NCBI GenBank assembly: GCA_963718565.1
Contig: OY970364.1
Location: 1,632,001 to 1,696,000 of the forward strand
Length of the DNA stretch: 64,000 nt
Origin: an uncultured Verrucomicrobiae bacterium
Lineage (GTDB): Bacteria > Chlamydiota > Chlamydiia > Chlamydiales > Rhabdochlamydiaceae
Reading direction: 5' to 3'
Shown piece after piece: positions 48,066 to 57,576 of the stretch; positions within the stretch are counted from its first letter, which is position 1, and the number at the start of each line of letters is the position of its first letter. Below the pieces are notes generated by a model. That model saw nothing but the letters and a program-made list of their open reading frames with translations. It had not been told where the DNA came from and did not search any database. The position numbers were made by a program, and so were the translations under genes.

Positions 48066-48914
48066 ATGAACTATTTTCGTTCCAATCCGTTGCTCCATGC
48101 ATTTTTGTGCACCATCGTCGTTCTCCATGTTCTGTTTCTCCTTATTCTTTTTATTTCTCCGACTTTCGTCTTCCAAAAAAAACAACATAAACCTTTGATC
48201 GTTAAAACAATTGTTTCCAGGCCTTTAGCAAAAACGGCAGCCTTCGACAAAAAAAGTCCTCGCCAAAATAGCACAGCCGCATCTTCTTCTTCCCCCAAGC
48301 CTGCGCAATCCCCATCCCCATCTAAACAACAGCAATTGCCAAAAGCACAAGCGCAGCCAAAAAAAGAGCCCGTTCCACAACCTGCAATACAAAAGCCCAT
48401 CCTTTCGGCAAAAAAAGAGCCAGCCATCGCAGACAAACAACTCAGCAAAACCAAACAGTCCGCCGCAAAAAAAAGTCCTCCTCCTCAAAATCGGGCAAAA
48501 ATTTCCGATTCCCTTGTGAAAGAACTCGAAGAAAGCATTGCTAAAATTGAGAATAAAAGCGATAAAGGGGGAAGCAAAAAAGCAGCTCTTGGCTCCAAAG
48601 CTCTTGGCCCTATCGTCTTGCAAATCGATGCCCCCTCTTATGAACTGGGAGCGGAAGGAGCAAGCGACTATACAGATGTTTTAATTTGCCATCTTCACCA
48701 GTGTTTAAGTCTTCCCGACTACGGAGAAGTTAAAATTCAATTGAGCTTGCGTCAAGACGGCACAGTCTGTAAAGTAATTGTCCTTAAAGCTCAAAGTGAG
48801 AAAAATAAGCAGTATTTGGAAAGTCACCTGCAACGATTAAAGTTTCCACGTTTTGAGGGTGCTTATGCGAACAAAAAAGAATATACTTTCATTGTGACTT
48901 TTTGCAATGAATGA
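48066..48914 (+). CDS. tolA: TolA/TonB-like protein
   Basis: N-terminal TM with His, P/K/Q-rich linker and TonB-C-like tail; lies between tolR and tolB. Confidence 0.75.
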   Translation: MNYFRSNPLLHAFLCTIVVLHVLFLLILFISPTFVFQKKQHKPLIVKTIVSRPLAKTAAFDKKSPRQNSTAASSSSPKPAQSPSPSKQQQLPKAQAQPKKEPVPQPAIQKPILSAKKEPAIADKQLSKTKQSAAKKSPPPQNRAKISDSLVKELEESIAKIENKSDKGGSKKAALGSKALGPIVLQIDAPSYELGAEGASDYTDVLICHLHQCLSLPDYGEVKIQLSLRQDGTVCKVIVLKAQSEKNKQYLESHLQRLKFPRFEGAYANKKEYTFIVTFCNE

Positions 48915-48923
48915 GGTATTGCT

Positions 48924-50291
48924 ATGAATTGGATTTTATTACTCTTCATCTGCGCGTTTCCTGTGCTTACTTTTACTGCTGAAACGGATCCAAGCCAAGA
49001 AATTCGCGTCCAACTCCCTACTTCCAGTCCGCTGCTACCCATTTATATGGGAAAAATCCAGGCGCAAAATACTCCATTCGATTCCTCCTACCTTAACCAA
49101 CTCGAATCCATTTTGGCCTACGACCTCAATTACAATGGTTCCACAAAAATCTCTCCGAAAAGTCCAGAAAAGGAACAACTTCTGTTTTCTAAAGACAATG
49201 CAATTGCCTTTAGCTTATCTGTCTGGAAAAACTTTGGGATCTCCTATGCTATTCGCTGTCAAGTTACAGACCGCATCTTGTCGCTTGCAGTTTTCAATTC
49301 TCAAAGTGGATCGCTTAAAACTTTCCCGACTGTTACTCTATCGGGCGACTTAAGCCAGGATAGGCGTCTCATTCACAAGCTCGCTGATGGGATACATAAA
49401 GTTTTGTTCGACACCGAGGGGGTTGCAAATACTCGAGTCCTATTCTCTTATCAAACAAAAAATCCTCGTTCTGATGGGTCTGAATGGATCTCGGAAATTT
49501 GGGAGTGTGATTGGGATGGGGCAAACGTTAGGCAAGTCACACATGATGGAAGCTACAGCGTGACCCCAGTGATTGTTCCTCATAACAGCCGCTATAACAA
49601 TGACCATTTCCTTTATGTTTCTTACAAAATAGGACAGCCAAAAATTTATCTCGGCTCTTTAAAAGGAGGCGAAGGTAAAAGGTTGATTGATTTGCGCGGC
49701 AATCAACTTCTGCCGACGATCTCTCCCAAGCGCGACAAAATCGCTTTCATATGCGATGCGGGTGGCCGCACCGATCTTTTCATGCAACCCTTCAATCCAG
49801 AAAGTGGAGAGGTTGGCAAACCTGTACAACTTTTTTCTTACCCTCGCTCCACTCAAGCATCCCCGACATTTAGCCCAGATGGTTCAAAGATTGCATTTGT
49901 CTCAGACAAAGATGGAGGAATGCGGATATATGTCATCCCTGCTGTCGCAAGTGATAAGCGCGCCAATGCCGTGATGATCAGCAAACAAAATCGGGAGAAT
50001 TCCTGCCCTTGTTGGTCCCCTGATGGAACAAAATTAGCTTATAGTGCTAAAACAAATGGAATACGGCAGATATGGATATATGACTTCGGGTCAGGGGAGG
50101 AATGGCAATTGACCTCCGGCCCTGGCAATAAGGAAAATCCTTATTGGGCTCCGAACAACAAACATATGGTCTTCAATTCAACAGATGCTTCAGGTTCAGA
50201 GCTTTATATTGTTAACTTAAATCAACCTGAGGCGACAAAAATCAGCAGAGGCCCTGGAAAAAAACATTATCCGACATGGGGCGCTCGCTAA
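48924..50291 (+). CDS. tolB: Tol-Pal beta-propeller protein TolB
   Basis: Signal peptide; repeated P.(F/W)SPDG.K.A(F/Y) units. Confidence 0.93.
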   Translation: MNWILLLFICAFPVLTFTAETDPSQEIRVQLPTSSPLLPIYMGKIQAQNTPFDSSYLNQLESILAYDLNYNGSTKISPKSPEKEQLLFSKDNAIAFSLSVWKNFGISYAIRCQVTDRILSLAVFNSQSGSLKTFPTVTLSGDLSQDRRLIHKLADGIHKVLFDTEGVANTRVLFSYQTKNPRSDGSEWISEIWECDWDGANVRQVTHDGSYSVTPVIVPHNSRYNNDHFLYVSYKIGQPKIYLGSLKGGEGKRLIDLRGNQLLPTISPKRDKIAFICDAGGRTDLFMQPFNPESGEVGKPVQLFSYPRSTQASPTFSPDGSKIAFVSDKDGGMRIYVIPAVASDKRANAVMISKQNRENSCPCWSPDGTKLAYSAKTNGIRQIWIYDFGSGEEWQLTSGPGNKENPYWAPNNKHMVFNSTDASGSELYIVNLNQPEATKISRGPGKKHYPTWGAR

Positions 50292-50293
50292 CA

Positions 50294-50319
50294 ACCTGAA
50301 TATTCATGTTGTTTCGGTA
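50294..50319. repeat. Chimeric relic of family E left end and family B right end between tolB and pal
   Basis: acctgaa...ttcatgttgtttcggta (compare 33478-33494). Confidence 0.55.
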
Positions 50320-50331
50320 CAACATTATTTT

Positions 50332-51012
50332 ATGGAGAAAACAATGAAACATACTCGAATCCTCGTCGCTCTAATCTGTGCAACAGCATGCAGCCTTGTC
50401 ACAGGATGCAAAAAAAATAATGGCGGAGGCGTCTGGGACGATAATTCAACTGCCGGAAACTACAAAGGCAGCGCGCATTCCTTATGGGGCGAAGACAATT
50501 CCGGAGATGACTTCTTCGGTCCGAGCAACGAAGATTTTGTCAGCCTTAAAGATGAAGATTTGCGTTCTCAATTTGCGGATGGCGCCATCCCTCAGCCTAA
50601 GACTTCTCCCGGAGAACCTGGAAGCAGTATCCCTGGCCTCGACAGTTTCCGCACTCCAACGGGTGCCGAAGCTGCGATTTTCAAGAATGTTTACTTCAGT
50701 ACCGATGACCATATTTTACGCGGTAAAGATTACATCAATATCGTCGATCGCATCGCAACTCATTTGAAATCCCACGAAAATGTGTACCTTTTCGTCTCAG
50801 GACATTGCGATGAACGTGGACCTGAAGCTTACAATCTCTCTTTGGGAGCAAGACGCGCGAATTATATTCGCTCTCTTCTCGTTCAAAAAGGAGTCGATCC
50901 TGAAAGGATCCACACTGTATCCTATGGGAAAGAACGGCCTATAGATCTTGGGCATCATCAAGAAGCATGGTCGAAAAACCGTCGCGGTGAATTCCGCATT
51001 TATCAAAAATAA
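50332..51012 (+). CDS. pal: Peptidoglycan-associated lipoprotein
   Basis: VTGC lipobox; GHCDERG...YNLSLGARRA, SYGKERP and NRR; stop overlaps a family E end (51012-51027). Confidence 0.95.
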   Translation: MEKTMKHTRILVALICATACSLVTGCKKNNGGGVWDDNSTAGNYKGSAHSLWGEDNSGDDFFGPSNEDFVSLKDEDLRSQFADGAIPQPKTSPGEPGSSIPGLDSFRTPTGAEAAIFKNVYFSTDDHILRGKDYINIVDRIATHLKSHENVYLFVSGHCDERGPEAYNLSLGARRANYIRSLLVQKGVDPERIHTVSYGKERPIDLGHHQEAWSKNRRGEFRIYQK

Positions 51013-51032
51013 CCTGAGTTTTGGACTGGCCA

Positions 51033-51680
51033 ATGCAACGAATCCTCTTTCTCTTTGCCCTCCTTTTTTGCGCACTTTCGCTTGATGCAAAACCTCAGTC
51101 GGCATTTTATACAAATCCCGAGCTAGATGAGCTCCGCATCGAGCTCGACGATCTCAAACACGCGCTTAAAACCGTCCAAATTGACTTTGGACTTCTCGAT
51201 GAGCGTTTAAAAAAACAGGACAACTCCTTGAGTCAAGTCAAAGGCCAAGCCCAAGGAAAAGATGCGAGCTCATTGAGTCTGCTCACGGCACAAATCAGCG
51301 CTTTAGAAAAAAAAGTTTCTGGACTAGAAAAGACTTTAGAAAAAGCCGCAAATGATTTAAGGACTTTGAGCACTGCATCGACTCAGGTCCTAAACAAAAT
51401 TCAAGAAGTGGAACAACATCTTTTGTCTCACGAAAACCGCCTTGATGAGGTCGCTAAACTCAAAGGCACGCTGACGAGAATTTCTAAGGCAATCCACCAA
51501 CGGCCTTCAAACGAAGCGTCATCTTCAACAAAAACCTATCGCGTCAAGGCGGGGGATACTTTAGAAAAGATTGCGCGCATCCATTCCACTTCTGTCGAAG
51601 TCATCCAAAAACTCAATCACCTTACCCATGATAAAATTGTGACCGGACAAGAACTAAGGCTCCCCGATGACTCCACTTGA
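51033..51680 (+). CDS. Secreted coiled-coil LysM protein
   Basis: Signal peptide and long coiled coil; YRVKAGDTLEKIAR...LN...GQELRLP. Confidence 0.9.
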   Translation: MQRILFLFALLFCALSLDAKPQSAFYTNPELDELRIELDDLKHALKTVQIDFGLLDERLKKQDNSLSQVKGQAQGKDASSLSLLTAQISALEKKVSGLEKTLEKAANDLRTLSTASTQVLNKIQEVEQHLLSHENRLDEVAKLKGTLTRISKAIHQRPSNEASSSTKTYRVKAGDTLEKIARIHSTSVEVIQKLNHLTHDKIVTGQELRLPDDST

Positions 51681-52500
51681 TCCGCGCCTTGGCAGCATTG
51701 GCATATTCGACTCCGGATTCGGAGGCTTGACAGTGATGCGAGCGATCCGCGAGCTCATGCCTTATGAAAATATTGTTTACTTCGGCGATACAGCTCGGCT
51801 TCCTTATGGGAGCAAAAGTTCAGAAACCATCTTAAGGTATTCTTTAGAAAATGCTTCTTTTCTGAAGACACAAGGGATCAAAGTCCTTGTTATCGCTTGC
51901 AATACTTCCTGCTCTGCGGCGCTGGAGCAAGTCCGCAACTCCTCGGACATTCCTGTCATCGGCATTACTGAGCAAGGCGTAGAAGAAGTGATGCGCTTAT
52001 TCAACCAAGGTAAAATCGCTATCCTTGGCACTCGGGCCACAATTACTTCTGGCATTTATCAACAGCAAATCCTGTCCCGCTGTAGCAATCTCGAATTGTA
52101 TTCGATCTCATGTCCTCTGTTTGTTCCGTTGGTCGAGGAAGGTTATGTCGAACATCCGATGAGCGCATTTGTTGTCCAAGAATACTTACGCCCCTTAAAA
52201 AATCGCGGGATCAGTGGTGTGCTGTTGGGCTGTACTCATTATCCCCTCCTACAGTCAACGATCCAACATGAGTTGGGATCAGAAGTTCTTCTGGTCGATC
52301 CTGCGGTCGCCTGTGCGGAAAAAAGCCGAATGGTGCTTGCGGAAAAAAATCTTCTCAATCCTTCTACTTGTCTTCCGCACTACCAATTTTTCGTCTCGGA
52401 TGACCCTGAAAAATTCCGTCTGCTCGGGAAAACCTTTCTCAACTATCCCATCGAACACGTTCAGCAAAAACTCGCTGAGCAGTACAAATCCAGTGTCTAG
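51667..52500 (+). CDS. murI: Glutamate racemase
   Basis: FDSGFGGLTV, PYGSKS, IACNT and LGCTHYP motifs. Confidence 0.96.
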   Translation: MTPLDPRLGSIGIFDSGFGGLTVMRAIRELMPYENIVYFGDTARLPYGSKSSETILRYSLENASFLKTQGIKVLVIACNTSCSAALEQVRNSSDIPVIGITEQGVEEVMRLFNQGKIAILGTRATITSGIYQQQILSRCSNLELYSISCPLFVPLVEEGYVEHPMSAFVVQEYLRPLKNRGISGVLLGCTHYPLLQSTIQHELGSEVLLVDPAVACAEKSRMVLAEKNLLNPSTCLPHYQFFVSDDPEKFRLLGKTFLNYPIEHVQQKLAEQYKSSV

Positions 52501-52565
52501 AGGGAATTGCAAAACTCCTCGCCAGCAGAAAGTCGATGATTTTGGCACCTGTTGCCAGAACCCGC
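52501..52565. mobile_element. MITE family A, truncated left part
   Basis: agggaattgcaaaactcctcgccagcagaa...ggcacctgttgccagaacccgc immediately after the murI TAG. Confidence 0.85.
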
Positions 52566-52635
52566 TCTGAAATAATGCCCTTTGCGTTTATTACGTAGAG
52601 AATTTATGATTTTTTTGTGATCTCAAGGAGGTTCT

Positions 52636-53418
52636 ATGGAAAATCAACCCAAAGAGCAGCTTCCGATCGGTCGCGCTGCCTTGGCCAAAGTCATCTGCGC
52701 AGATTGGATTACAGAACATAGCAAGAAAATTCTTCTTTCCTGCGTTAGTCTCATTGTATTGGCTTTTTTTCTTTTTCAATTGCTCAGCAAAGTTTCTATC
52801 GGAAAGAAATCCGATTATCTCGAAGTGAAGCGGGCATTCAGCGAATGGATCTCTCAAGAAGCGCAAGATCATAAATTACTTAAAAATTTAGAAAAGCCTT
52901 TAAACCGCCATCCAGAATTACAAGCAAAATTTGGAAATCAGATTGCTCAAAGATTGTTAAGTCTTGGCGATGCCAGCAAAGCGGATATTTATGCAAAAGC
53001 TGCTCTCGTCAGATCCCAAGACCTTACTTCTCCTTACTATTCACGCTTTGCACGAAATACGTTGATCATCTCTCAGGGCAAATATTTGGAAGCCCTTAAA
53101 GAAGCCAAAAGCCTCAAACAGGACCTCGAAAAAAACGACGCCTTTTGGGAAAATCGAAACCCATTCGCTCTTTCAGGAACAGTTCTTTACGCTTATAACT
53201 TAGTCAGAATCGCTTCCCTGGAAAGACAGTTGGGTTCCAAAGAAGGGGAGCTTAAGGCTTGGGAAGAGTTAGTGAGGAATGCAGGATGGAAAGATCAGCC
53301 TGTAAATCTGAAAGCCTATGATCCAGAAGCCTATGCTCTTTTAGCACAGAATTTTACGCAAGGAGATATCTCGTTGCTCGATTATATCGAACAGCGAAAA
53401 AAAGAGCTTTCAGACTAG
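52636..53418 (+). CDS. Membrane-anchored helical hypothetical protein
   Basis: GGAGG RBS; single TM; 260 aa. Confidence 0.8.
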   Translation: MENQPKEQLPIGRAALAKVICADWITEHSKKILLSCVSLIVLAFFLFQLLSKVSIGKKSDYLEVKRAFSEWISQEAQDHKLLKNLEKPLNRHPELQAKFGNQIAQRLLSLGDASKADIYAKAALVRSQDLTSPYYSRFARNTLIISQGKYLEALKEAKSLKQDLEKNDAFWENRNPFALSGTVLYAYNLVRIASLERQLGSKEGELKAWEELVRNAGWKDQPVNLKAYDPEAYALLAQNFTQGDISLLDYIEQRKKELSD

Positions 53419-53420
53419 AG

Positions 53421-53498
53421 AGGGAATTGCAAAACTCCTCGCCAGCAGAAAATCGATGATTTTGGGATTTTATGCGGCGCGGAGTTTTGCAATTCCCT
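53421..53498. mobile_element. MITE family A, internally deleted (78 bp), between convergent genes
   Basis: Both TIRs present; flanks CTAGAG / CTAGAT. Confidence 0.88.
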
Positions 53499-53509
53499 CT
53501 AGATAATCC

Positions 53510-53899
53510 CTATCGAGACTTAGTTTGGTTATAGACTTCTGTTGCCCAATGCTGCATATCTTTTCCGCCATGGAGTCCAAGCAGAAGGAAATACAGAGGA
53601 GGGATGAAAATCGCCAAAATGAGTCCGACTATCCCTAAGACGAGCTGAATGGTATGTTCTTGCTTAAAGACGAAAGAGAAAACCATCTTTGAAAACTGCA
53701 TGATTTTTCCAGCAAGCAGCACTCCAATGATTGCCCCGATTGCAGCTGCAATGATTGACCAACCCGGCCCCCATAATACAAATGTGAAGAAACAAGCTAA
53801 GATAAAAACAAGACAGAAAAAGACTTCAAAACGATGTTTTTTAGCAAAAGCTTCAATTTCTTTCACAGATACCCCTTCTTTAGGTTTGTCCCCACTCAT
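53510..53899 (-). CDS. Small hypothetical membrane protein
   Basis: 129 aa with 3-4 hydrophobic segments; GAGG RBS. Confidence 0.75.
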   Translation of the reverse strand: MSGDKPKEGVSVKEIEAFAKKHRFEVFFCLVFILACFFTFVLWGPGWSIIAAAIGAIIGVLLAGKIMQFSKMVFSFVFKQEHTIQLVLGIVGLILAIFIPPLYFLLLGLHGGKDMQHWATEVYNQTKSR

Positions 53900-54110
53900 A
53901 AACCCTCAATATATTCTCTCTTCTTAATTGTGATTTAAATATTAGTTTTGTTTTTTTTGCAACTAACAACTTTTTTCAGGGTGTAAATCGTACGTCCTTA
54001 AAAACTCATGGCAAAAGTTGAAGACCATTTTGATCCATGCCAAACTTACCACTTATCGATCTTGATTGGGCACGGATCGAAATGGTCTTGACATTCAGTG
54101 CTTGCCATAG

Positions 54111-56177
54111 CCCAAGTTCGCCCGAGAGAGCTGACCTAAGTCCCTCATAATCAACAACATTAAAATCAACCTTTGCTTTCGTAAGTCCCTTATTTTTAGT
54201 GCTTTGCTGTTTTTGCGAATTTGTAGTGACTGAAAATCTGTAAAATAATTATTTCATGTTTAAATAAATTCGATCCATCGGTAAGATCTGAGGGCATGTA
54301 TATAAGAAAAACCCTCAAGACAGACCGTAAGAGCGGAAAAACCTACTCTGCTTTTCACTTGGTTGAATCCGTGAGGACTGATAGAGGCCCGCGCCAACGC
54401 GCGCTTCTATACATGGGAGCCGAAATCAACCTCCCAGAAGAACAGCATGCACTTCTCGCTCAATGCATTGAAGATATTCTTACAAGTGCGCAATCGTTAT
54501 TCGCTTATCCAGAAGAGATTCAAAAGCTAGCCCAATCTTACACCTCGCAGATTGTGCGTCGTTTGTCCGACCCAGGAGACAACGCGGAACAACTAAAACA
54601 AGATCTACTACCTGAATTTGTCAATATCGACGTTCATTCAATTGAACAGACTGAACCACGGTCTGTTGGTGCGGAACATCTCTTACTTCAGATGGGAAAT
54701 CAACTCAAACTGCCGGAACAGCTGCAAAAACTAGGCCTTTCAAAAACAGATGCCGCAATTGCCTTGGGATCGATCGTTGCCAGGGCTGTACACCCAAGCA
54801 GCGAAAGGGAAGCTTATCGGTGGCTATGCACTAGCAGTGGTCTTGGCGAATTGCTTGATTTCGACTTTACAAAAACTACTTTGCACAAGCTCTATAAAAT
54901 CAGCGATACGTTGCTGTCTCATAAAGACGGGTTGGAAACAGCTTTAGAAACCATCGAACAGCAATTTCATGGATACAAAAGTACAATAGCTCTCTACGAT
55001 TTAACCAATACCTATACAGAAGGGCGGGCTGAGGCAAATCCAAAAGCTGCCTATGGTCTTTCGAAAGAAAAACGAAATGATTGCCCTCTCATTACTATAG
55101 GGCTAGTCATGAATGAGCACGGATTTCTCATCAAAACCTCATTACTTGCAGGAAATGCTTCAGAGCCCCAAACCCTACAAACAATGATCGCGAGCCTAAG
55201 TATTCACTCGTCTCTAATCAAGCCAACTATTGTATTGGATGCAGGGATTGCTACCGAAGAGAATCTGACCTGGTTACGCAAGAATAGATATACGTATGTT
55301 GTCTCAGCAAGACAAGATCCTCCCGTTGTTGAATTTGAAGGACAATTAGTCTCAGTAGGTGATCAGCATGACCTAGTAAAAGCTGCCTTGATCAGTCAGG
55401 ATGGTAATGAGGAAAATTGGCTCTATTGCGAATCTGAAGCAAAAGCAGCGGTCGCCTCAGGGATGAAGAAAAAATTTAGAAAACGATTTGAAGATGATCT
55501 ACAAAAACTTGCGAATGGTCTTTCCAAACCTAAAGGGCGCAAGAAGCATAACAAAGTGCTTGAACGGGTAGGTCGGCTCAAGGAAAAGCATAAGAGAATT
55601 TCAGGATGCTATGAAGTCAATGCAATTCCTTCAGAAGATGGGCTCACCACAATTGCTGTGGAATGGAAGGTGATCGAAGAAAAAATGCAAGAAAAGCTCA
55701 CTGGCTCCTATTTTCTGAGAACAAATCGAACCGATTTGGAAGCAAAAGAGTTATGGCAATTGTATAATGTTCTCAGAAGCGTTGAGGATGCGTTTCGATT
55801 TATGAAATCCTCATTAGGATTGCGTCCAGTCTATCACCAGAAGGAACATCGAGTGGACGGGCATTTATGGATCACCATACTTGCCTACCATCTAATCCAA
55901 CACTGCAGGCACCAATTAATTCGAAAAGGGATAAACTATTTGTGGCAGACAATACGTAATATCATGATTACTCGAGTCCGAGTAACTGTGCGGGCCAAGA
56001 CAACAGAAGGCAGGGTGCTCTACCACCGCAGCACTACAAAGGCAGAAGGCGAGCAAATAGAGATTTACAGGGCGCTGGGATTATCGTCTTCAATTCTCAG
56101 AGGTCATAAAACACTCGTTTAATTCAAGATGTAGTGACGAATTTGCATAGCTCCTCTGGGAAAGCCGCGAACTTGGG
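54111..56177 (+). mobile_element. IS1634-family insertion sequence (2067 bp)
   Basis: Perfect 11-bp TIR cccaagttcgc; ATAG duplicated at 54107-54110 and 56178-56181. Confidence 0.92.
54296..56122 (+). CDS. IS1634-family transposase
   Basis: MYIRKT..LVES.R...GPRQR, YDLTNTY, GLSKEKRND, VLDAG and VEDAFRFMKSSLGLRPVYHQ motifs. Confidence 0.93.
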   Translation: MYIRKTLKTDRKSGKTYSAFHLVESVRTDRGPRQRALLYMGAEINLPEEQHALLAQCIEDILTSAQSLFAYPEEIQKLAQSYTSQIVRRLSDPGDNAEQLKQDLLPEFVNIDVHSIEQTEPRSVGAEHLLLQMGNQLKLPEQLQKLGLSKTDAAIALGSIVARAVHPSSEREAYRWLCTSSGLGELLDFDFTKTTLHKLYKISDTLLSHKDGLETALETIEQQFHGYKSTIALYDLTNTYTEGRAEANPKAAYGLSKEKRNDCPLITIGLVMNEHGFLIKTSLLAGNASEPQTLQTMIASLSIHSSLIKPTIVLDAGIATEENLTWLRKNRYTYVVSARQDPPVVEFEGQLVSVGDQHDLVKAALISQDGNEENWLYCESEAKAAVASGMKKKFRKRFEDDLQKLANGLSKPKGRKKHNKVLERVGRLKEKHKRISGCYEVNAIPSEDGLTTIAVEWKVIEEKMQEKLTGSYFLRTNRTDLEAKELWQLYNVLRSVEDAFRFMKSSLGLRPVYHQKEHRVDGHLWITILAYHLIQHCRHQLIRKGINYLWQTIRNIMITRVRVTVRAKTTEGRVLYHRSTTKAEGEQIEIYRALGLSSSILRGHKTLV

Positions 56178-56280
56178 ATAGGTTTTTGAGAACGTACCCT
56201 GCCAACCCTCACACTTCACCCTTTCGTTTATTTTTGAAATGCCCTAGACTTTCCCTACTCTATGAGGAGTAAATGAGTCC

Positions 56281-57576
56281 GTGTTAATCCTTCCTTCTAT
56301 CACAATTCCTGTCGATCGATGGCTAAAGCAAAGTACACACTTGGCTGCAGGTTTTTTCAGTATTTTAGGCGTCGCGTTAATTCTATTTTTCATTTTTGAT
56401 CCTTTGCATAAGAAGGAGACCTCCCTTTCCGGAGGAACTTCCCAAAAAGCAGGACGATTTATTTTCCCTTACGAGGCAATCGGTTCCGGAGGCCTTGCCC
56501 TTCATCCGCGCCATGCATTGGGATGGATCTCGCGCCTTGCCGATGAAGTGGTTTTGATCGCTTACAATAGCCGCCCCGACGTCGAATCCAAAGATGCAAA
56601 GATCCTGATCTCTTTAAAAAATGGCAAAGAGCAGTTGACCCTTTCCAATGGGCGTACAATTTTTTTAAAAGAAAGCGAACAAGGTAAAGGATTACATTCT
56701 TCGGAAGAGGCGACAGGACTTTGGGCTAAACCAATCCTCCTCGACAATGGGGCTGTGCTTATAGAAGCCGGACGCAAATTCGTTTCACAGGATGGACATA
56801 CAGGTGAAGAAAAAGGGCAGTTCATGATTGCTGGGCAAAGAGGAGTCCCCTCCCGTCACAATTCTGCAAATCAATCCTTTGCAAAAGAATTAAAGTCTGG
56901 GCGTGGTTTTTCTCATGATTTATTGATGCAGGAGTATGGGGGACGAGAATATGCTGCTTGGCGTGAAAAAGGAGTCATCGAACTGTCTCACAGTCATTCC
57001 ACGTATGCGTGCTTTGTCTCCCCCGGAGACTACCTCCTTTATGATCAAGGAGAATGGCGTGTCTGTTCCTTTGAAGAATTGAAAATGGATCATCCTATTG
57101 CTCAAGTCAAAGCGATTTCTGGAAAAACAATTGAAATTGAAGCTTGGGATGAAACAGGTCTTTGCCCCTTCCAGTTCAAGATTGAAATGGAAAAGCAGGG
57201 CCTCTCTCAACTTAAGGCCGAAATGATGCCCTCAGCGATCCGTTTACGCAGTGGAACACAAGTCAGCTGTGCCTTTGGAAAAAGACATATGATTCTTAAA
57301 CAAGGAGATTGGCTGCTTAAGACTTCCACGGGGTGGCGCAAATTGCGGCGCTCTGAAGAAATCGAGCACTATTTGCATCATCGTTTAAAAGGGGAACTGC
57401 TCATCTTCGATGGCATCGCAAAAGAGCAAGGCCGCATTGTCATGAAGGGTCATTTGTTTGATGAGACTCGAACTCACATGCAACCTTTGGCTTTGCCCAT
57501 CGAGGCCGATAAAGCTCAGGGCAAGGCGTCGCGTAAAAGAAAGCCTATCTTTTCAGCCGATCGGAGGGCAGCATGA
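56281..57576 (+). CDS. Hypothetical membrane-anchored protein heading the T2SS operon
   Basis: 431 aa with N-terminal TM; stop overlaps the gspD start (ATGA). Confidence 0.75.
   Translation: MLILPSITIPVDRWLKQSTHLAAGFFSILGVALILFFIFDPLHKKETSLSGGTSQKAGRFIFPYEAIGSGGLALHPRHALGWISRLADEVVLIAYNSRPDVESKDAKILISLKNGKEQLTLSNGRTIFLKESEQGKGLHSSEEATGLWAKPILLDNGAVLIEAGRKFVSQDGHTGEEKGQFMIAGQRGVPSRHNSANQSFAKELKSGRGFSHDLLMQEYGGREYAAWREKGVIELSHSHSTYACFVSPGDYLLYDQGEWRVCSFEELKMDHPIAQVKAISGKTIEIEAWDETGLCPFQFKIEMEKQGLSQLKAEMMPSAIRLRSGTQVSCAFGKRHMILKQGDWLLKTSTGWRKLRRSEEIEHYLHHRLKGELLIFDGIAKEQGRIVMKGHLFDETRTHMQPLALPIEADKAQGKASRKRKPIFSADRRAA

Larger units (their letters stand above)
53990..56197. mobile_element. Family C MITE whose right TIR is interrupted by IS1634
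   Basis: 53990-54110 matches 4388-4502; the rest of the TIR (gtttttgagaacgtac) resumes at 56182. Confidence 0.88.

Noticed and set aside
56264..56287. GAGGAG RBS with ATG 56273 giving MSPC*, out of frame with the 56281 ORF
   Set aside because: Could be a frameshift, sequencing error or chance; not resolvable without orthologs
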